Origin: Methylobacterium sp.
GTDB lineage: Bacteria > Pseudomonadota > Alphaproteobacteria > Rhizobiales > Beijerinckiaceae
Assembly (NCBI RefSeq): GCF_019745455.1
Contig: NZ_JAIETD010000070.1
Location: forward strand, 5,517-69,516
Direction of reading: 5' to 3'
DNA length: 64,000 nucleotides
How positions within the stretch are numbered: position 1 is the first letter of the stretch; the number at the start of each line of letters is the position of its first letter. Shown here piece by piece: positions 59,857 through 64,000 of the stretch. The notes under the pieces were generated by a model. The model had not been told where the DNA came from. It did no database searches and was given only the letters and a program-made list of their open reading frames with translations. The position numbers were made by a program, and so were the translations under genes.

Positions 59857-60205
59857 GACAAGCGGCGTCAGACCCGGCTAGGCGACAGCCGAAACGACCA
59901 TCGATGGCACCCAAGACATGTGGGGGCGGGAACGCCGACGGCACCGACTACATCTTCGGAGGAAACATCGGCGCCGTCGGCACTGAGTCGGCCTAAGAAG
60001 CAAGCCGACCAGTTCACCGATAACGGCGTTCGTAAGCAGCCAGTTTCGACATCACCAAGAATAGTTTCGCTCAACCGCATTCAAGACGCTAAACTGTCAA
60101 GCTTGGGATGGTAGCCGAATTTCCTCTATACAGACGCTGGTTGCGGAACCGATAGACCGTTTCTGTAATTACTCCTGCCAACGAAAAAATATGGAGGAGT
60201 ACGCT

Positions 60206-60568
60206 ATGAAGCTTTCAATGATCGCCGGTGCTGCCATTCTCGCGATGACAGCCGGAACTTCGATTGCAGCACCGTGCAACACGGCATCCACCAACGACAA
60301 GAGCGCCAAAGTCGATCCGGGCAGCAAGAATCTCGCAGGAGGGCAACAGCCTGCATCCCCCGGCACCGTAGGTGCGATGAACAACGTCGGCGCGAATCAG
60401 GGCCTCGGCGAAAAGCAAGGAGCCGCTACCATCGCCAGCAAGGGGAACGAGGACCCGGCCAGTAAGAACTTGGCCGGTGGCCAGCAACCTGCTTCGCCCG
60501 GGACGGTCGGCGCCATGAACAATGCCGGCTCGAACCAAGCAGTCGGTAAGAAGGGTGACGATTGCTGA
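60206..60568 (+). CDS. Secreted protein with a duplicated ~29-aa Gly/Gln/Asn-rich repeat and terminal cysteines
   Basis: GGAGGAG RBS, signal peptide, two copies of DPxSKNLAGGQQPASPGTVGAMNNxGxNQ, Cys near the mature N-terminus and as the last residue. Confidence 0.85.
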   Translation: MKLSMIAGAAILAMTAGTSIAAPCNTASTNDKSAKVDPGSKNLAGGQQPASPGTVGAMNNVGANQGLGEKQGAATIASKGNEDPASKNLAGGQQPASPGTVGAMNNAGSNQAVGKKGDDC

Positions 60569-60594
60569 TCCGCTGAGCCGTCGCGATCATTACG

Positions 60595-60628
60595 ATGCCC
60601 GTCCGGTGTATGCCGGACGGGCATTTTT
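60595..60628 (+). terminator. Intrinsic terminator
   Basis: ATGCCCGTCCGG-TGTATG-CCGGACGGGCAT-TTTT. Confidence 0.8.
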
Positions 60629-60703
60629 ATGTCAGCGAAAGAGCTATGATGACAGGCACGCCGTAGCGACGCACTAAAGCTGACATCATCCTCACACGCG
60701 AGT

Positions 60704-61873
60704 TCAGCGCATTTTGGCGACGATCCAGTCGATGATTGCGGCGGCGACCACGCTGTTGTTCGCTTCCAGCATCATCATGTGCCCGTTGCCTTTGATGCCG
60801 TGCTCGGCGAGGGCAAGACGATCCGGCTTCGCCCCAGCTTGAGCCAGAAAGGCAGCGGTGCAGTCATCCATCGTTGCCCGGAATGATGCTTCGCCGGTAA
60901 CAATGACCGCCGGCACCTTCGCAAGGTTCGGAAGTTGCCGGGCAGGCTCAGCCTGCAACCAACACCGGATCTGATCCGGCCGCGTTGGCTGGTCGGCCTG
61001 CACGACCGTCAGTTCGGCTGGGGATCCGACCGGAGGCTCAAAGCGCAGCGGCACGCGGGTGATGCCGTAGGGCCGGGCTCGAGCTTCACCAACGCGCTCG
61101 TACCACTCTGCCCCGCCCTTAAACTTGATGTCGTAGAAGGTCGGCCCGTTCGGCTCGACAGCGACGTGTGCCTTCACGAGGTCGGGCCGCTGATCGGAGA
61201 CCGCCCACCCAAAAACCCCGGCCTGCGAGTGCGTGAGAACAACCGATGGACCCACCTTCTCCAGCAAGGCGATCAGCGCCGGGTTGACCAGTTCCTCGCT
61301 CTTCAGCGCACTGGCGATATAGGGCACCTGCGAGAGGTAGAACTGGTCGAAGGCGACATTGCCCTTCACGCCGGGACCACCGGGCCACTGCGTGTGCCGT
61401 TTGGCTTGTGGGAAGAGGTCGAACTTCTCCTGCCCGGTGAAGATGCTTTCGAGGTCGCGCGCGCCGAGCCGAGCGTAGGGGCCATAGACATCTGGGTTGT
61501 CACCTGAGCGACCCCGTCCGACCTGATCGACGACGTAGACGGCAAAGCCACGCTCGACGAAGTGACTCACCCAGCCGGGCCGGCCATCGGGTGTGCCGAG
61601 GAAGTTGATGCCAGTCTGCGCGGTCCCATGGACCATAACCACGGGGAAGGGCTGCTTCACCTCCGTCGGGGCATGGTACTGGACGAACATGTGACCTGCG
61701 GCGATCTCCTTGCCGCCAACGGTCACGTACTGCCCTCCAACGAAGAAATATCCCTCGCGCTGGCCGGGCTTGAAGACGGCGGGCACATCGGGCGTGGAGG
61801 GTTTTGATTCCGCCTGCGCCGTCACTGTGAGCCCGAACAGGGCACAAGCCCCAAGCAGCGCCATCCTGAGCAT
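60704..61873 (-). CDS. Secreted alpha/beta hydrolase
   Basis: Signal peptide, VMVHGTAQTG, TPDGRPGW, THSQAG nucleophile elbow, GNGHMMMLE. Confidence 0.88.
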   Translation of the reverse strand: MLRMALLGACALFGLTVTAQAESKPSTPDVPAVFKPGQREGYFFVGGQYVTVGGKEIAAGHMFVQYHAPTEVKQPFPVVMVHGTAQTGINFLGTPDGRPGWVSHFVERGFAVYVVDQVGRGRSGDNPDVYGPYARLGARDLESIFTGQEKFDLFPQAKRHTQWPGGPGVKGNVAFDQFYLSQVPYIASALKSEELVNPALIALLEKVGPSVVLTHSQAGVFGWAVSDQRPDLVKAHVAVEPNGPTFYDIKFKGGAEWYERVGEARARPYGITRVPLRFEPPVGSPAELTVVQADQPTRPDQIRCWLQAEPARQLPNLAKVPAVIVTGEASFRATMDDCTAAFLAQAGAKPDRLALAEHGIKGNGHMMMLEANNSVVAAAIIDWIVAKMR

Positions 61874-62456
61874 CGCCAGCCTCCCGTGGACGTCTGGTGC
61901 GTCCTGGAGGAACTATCGACGCTAAACCTGCGGCATGTCCATGCACTAACAGGACGGGGGTCTCAGCGTGCCAATGCCTTTTCGAGCGTGCGCAGCCCAT
62001 CGCCCATTGCCTCCCACAGGGTGATGATCGAAGGTCTTCGCGATACCGTGCCTGCCTCGGCCGATCTCGAATGCACGGCCGCGGCCTTGTCGAGGGAGCC
62101 CGTAACATCGTGCGCCACGGCCCTGCCCGCCGGCCAAGCGGGTGAGGAACAGGCAGCAGCGATGGCCGACCCGTTAGCCAGGAAGCCGCCGACGACCGGA
62201 TTAGGGCGCGTCGCCCCCGAGCGGCTCGTCGCGGCGGCACGATAACCGTCCTTTTCAGGTTCAGCGAACCTGCGAGCAGAATGTAGGTTTCCCCACTGCG
62301 GTCACGACTTCTCTGAGGGGGAGGTTCAAGCGATAGGCGCCCCAAACTCTATTGAGGGCCCGGCGCTCATGAGCTTAAGCGCGCCAATGGTCCAAGACAT
62401 ATGCATACTCGCTTTCCGCGAGCGCGATACGTTGGCCCCTCCGGGAAGGGGCACGC

Positions 62457-62855
62457 ATGAGCATCAAGTCCGTGACAGACATCGATCGGGCCGTCGGCGA
62501 GCGCATCGCGGCGCTGCGCAGGGCCAAGGGCCTGTCGCAGGCCATGCTTGGCATTGCGATCGGCGTCTCGTTCCAGCAGGTGGCGAAATATGAGAAGGGA
62601 CTGAACCGCATCAGCGGCAGCCGTCTGCAGGAGGCAGCCCAGGCGCTCGACGTGCCGGTATTCTCGTTCTTCGGCGAGGTCGCGTCCGAGGTCACGGTTG
62701 AGGACGACGTCTTCGAATCACTCGCTGAGGCCGGCGCCGTAGAGCTGCTCGGGGCCTATGCGGCGATCAAGGATGCTCAACTCCGGGGCGACGTACTCGC
62801 CATGATCTGCATCGCCGCTCGCATCGGAACTCGGCCTGTCGCAGGGAAGGGGTGA
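62457..62855 (+). CDS. XRE-family HTH transcriptional regulator
   Basis: GERIAALRRAKGLSQ..LG..IGVSFQQVAKYEKGLNRIS. Confidence 0.9.
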   Translation: MSIKSVTDIDRAVGERIAALRRAKGLSQAMLGIAIGVSFQQVAKYEKGLNRISGSRLQEAAQALDVPVFSFFGEVASEVTVEDDVFESLAEAGAVELLGAYAAIKDAQLRGDVLAMICIAARIGTRPVAGKG

Positions 62856-63157
62856 TGCTCGCCAACCGTCGGTGTTGGTTGTGCCAGTTGGCTTTCGAAG
62901 ACATGGCGCGAAAGTTGGAGCGTAAGGGCTGACGCCCCGTCTCTGACCTCGCGCTGACCTAATCTCGCAAGTCCCGTTCGTCTTCGGCCGGAGTCAGCGA
63001 AGCTGCACGACGGTTCGAATCAAGCGTGTGCTGAAGCTCATGGCACCGTCCTTCGGCGACATGCTGAGGCTTATTAAGTTGCGCATGTGCGCTTTACCAG
63101 TCGGTGCGGGAGGCGGTATCGGATCGCGTGACAAGTCAGTGAGAGGACGACGAGCCG

Positions 63158-63982
63158 ATGCGAGGATGGTTCAAGCGCTCCGTGCTTACCAATGGGCAAC
63201 GTGCGGATTGGGACCGGGACGGCTTCCTTGCCTTGAGAGGTTTCTTCGATCCGGACACCGTCGCTGCCGTGAACGCCGAAGTTGCGGGATTACTCCAGAA
63301 CCGGACACGCTATCCAAATGTCAGCGTCGACATTCTAACCGGCCCTAACGTCGGGAAGCGTATGAAGCTAGTGGACGCGCCGGACGATGCGTTCAACGGG
63401 CCAGTCAAGATCAACGATCTGTTTTTAGACTCCGACATCGTGCGCAGCTGCAACCTCGACGAGCGCCTCGCCGACGTCTTGGATGCCCTTCTTGATGGGG
63501 AGGCGATGATCTGCAACTCGCTTAACTTCCTCTACGGGAGCACGCAGAGCGCCCATTATGACAGCTGGTTCATGGCGCCACCGGTCCAGAACAAGATGGT
63601 GGCAACCTCGATCTGCTTGGACGTAAACTCAGACGACAACGGGCCGGTTTTCCTTTATCCCGGCACCCACAAGATCCCGCCTTACATCTTTCCTCACGGG
63701 AAGATCGCCAAGCTCGACGCCGCGTTGGCCCCTGCGCTGCAGTACGTCGAGCAAACGTCTCGCGATATCACACCCGTAAAGTTTTATGGCCAGCCCGGCG
63801 ACGTGCTGATCTGGCACGGTCAAGTTTTGCACGGCGGCTCGCCGATCGAAGATCCGAGCAAAACCCGGCGCAGTCTTGTCACACACTATTGGCGCGCGAA
63901 GGACTACAAGGCAGCCCATCGCTTAAAGATCACCCGCAATGGTCACATAATGAAGCGCGCGCATCAGGAAGCAGAGCATTGA
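63158..63982 (+). CDS. Phytanoyl-CoA dioxygenase (PhyH) family Fe(II)/2OG enzyme
   Basis: WDRDGFL, HYD (HxD), GPVFLYPGTHK, GDVLIWHGQVLHGG and RRSL. Confidence 0.88.
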   Translation: MRGWFKRSVLTNGQRADWDRDGFLALRGFFDPDTVAAVNAEVAGLLQNRTRYPNVSVDILTGPNVGKRMKLVDAPDDAFNGPVKINDLFLDSDIVRSCNLDERLADVLDALLDGEAMICNSLNFLYGSTQSAHYDSWFMAPPVQNKMVATSICLDVNSDDNGPVFLYPGTHKIPPYIFPHGKIAKLDAALAPALQYVEQTSRDITPVKFYGQPGDVLIWHGQVLHGGSPIEDPSKTRRSLVTHYWRAKDYKAAHRLKITRNGHIMKRAHQEAEH

Positions 63983-64000
63983 TTTATCGAACGCACTGAT

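Noticed and set aside
61886-62345. Overlapping ORFs between the hydrolase and the XRE gene
   Set aside because: No recognisable family in any frame; cannot decide between remnant and non-coding.
63005-63030. GGTTCGAATC, resembling a tRNA T-loop
   Set aside because: Flanking bases do not form a T-stem and there is no acceptor stem or anticodon arm.

Overview
GC-rich alphaproteobacterial chromosomal window, most likely Methylobacterium/Methylorubrum (inferred from a Methylobacterium-type PqqA peptide, an oxalyl-CoA synthetase/PanE2-like pair and the general gene repertoire). Bases 1-53200 are mostly core and metabolic genes: ClpP-like peptidase, modABC, prmA, aminopeptidase P, DsbD-like plus redoxin, nudC, HIT, a degenerate ABC transporter, L,D-transpeptidase, MBL hydrolase, peptide ABC transporter with M20/M81 peptidases, GAF histidine kinase, oxalate-assimilation genes, CsbD, creatininase, a DUF1223-ECF sigma-NrsF operon, DUF892, YcgN, PBP1A-DUF1214-DUF1254, gshB, OsmC plus sulfonate ABC, glnD, grpE, AlkB, gpmA and dapB. 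Bases ~53200-64000 are a less GC-rich accessory region with gene remnants, a cluster of small secreted Gly/Ser/Thr-rich repeat proteins, an orphan pqqA missed by the ORF track (ATA start), a PanE-like protein, a secreted hydrolase, an XRE regulator and a PhyH dioxygenase. Reading the intergenic DNA by eye revealed six close matches to the general-stress sigma-EcfG promoter (GGAAC-N16/17-CGTT; four exact, two with a variant first base) plus two one-mismatch sites, two exact sigmaF-type promoters (GTAACC-N16-CGAA) and one exact CtrA box. No rRNA, tRNA, CRISPR array or intact mobile element was seen. All family calls come from motif recognition; no database search was run.
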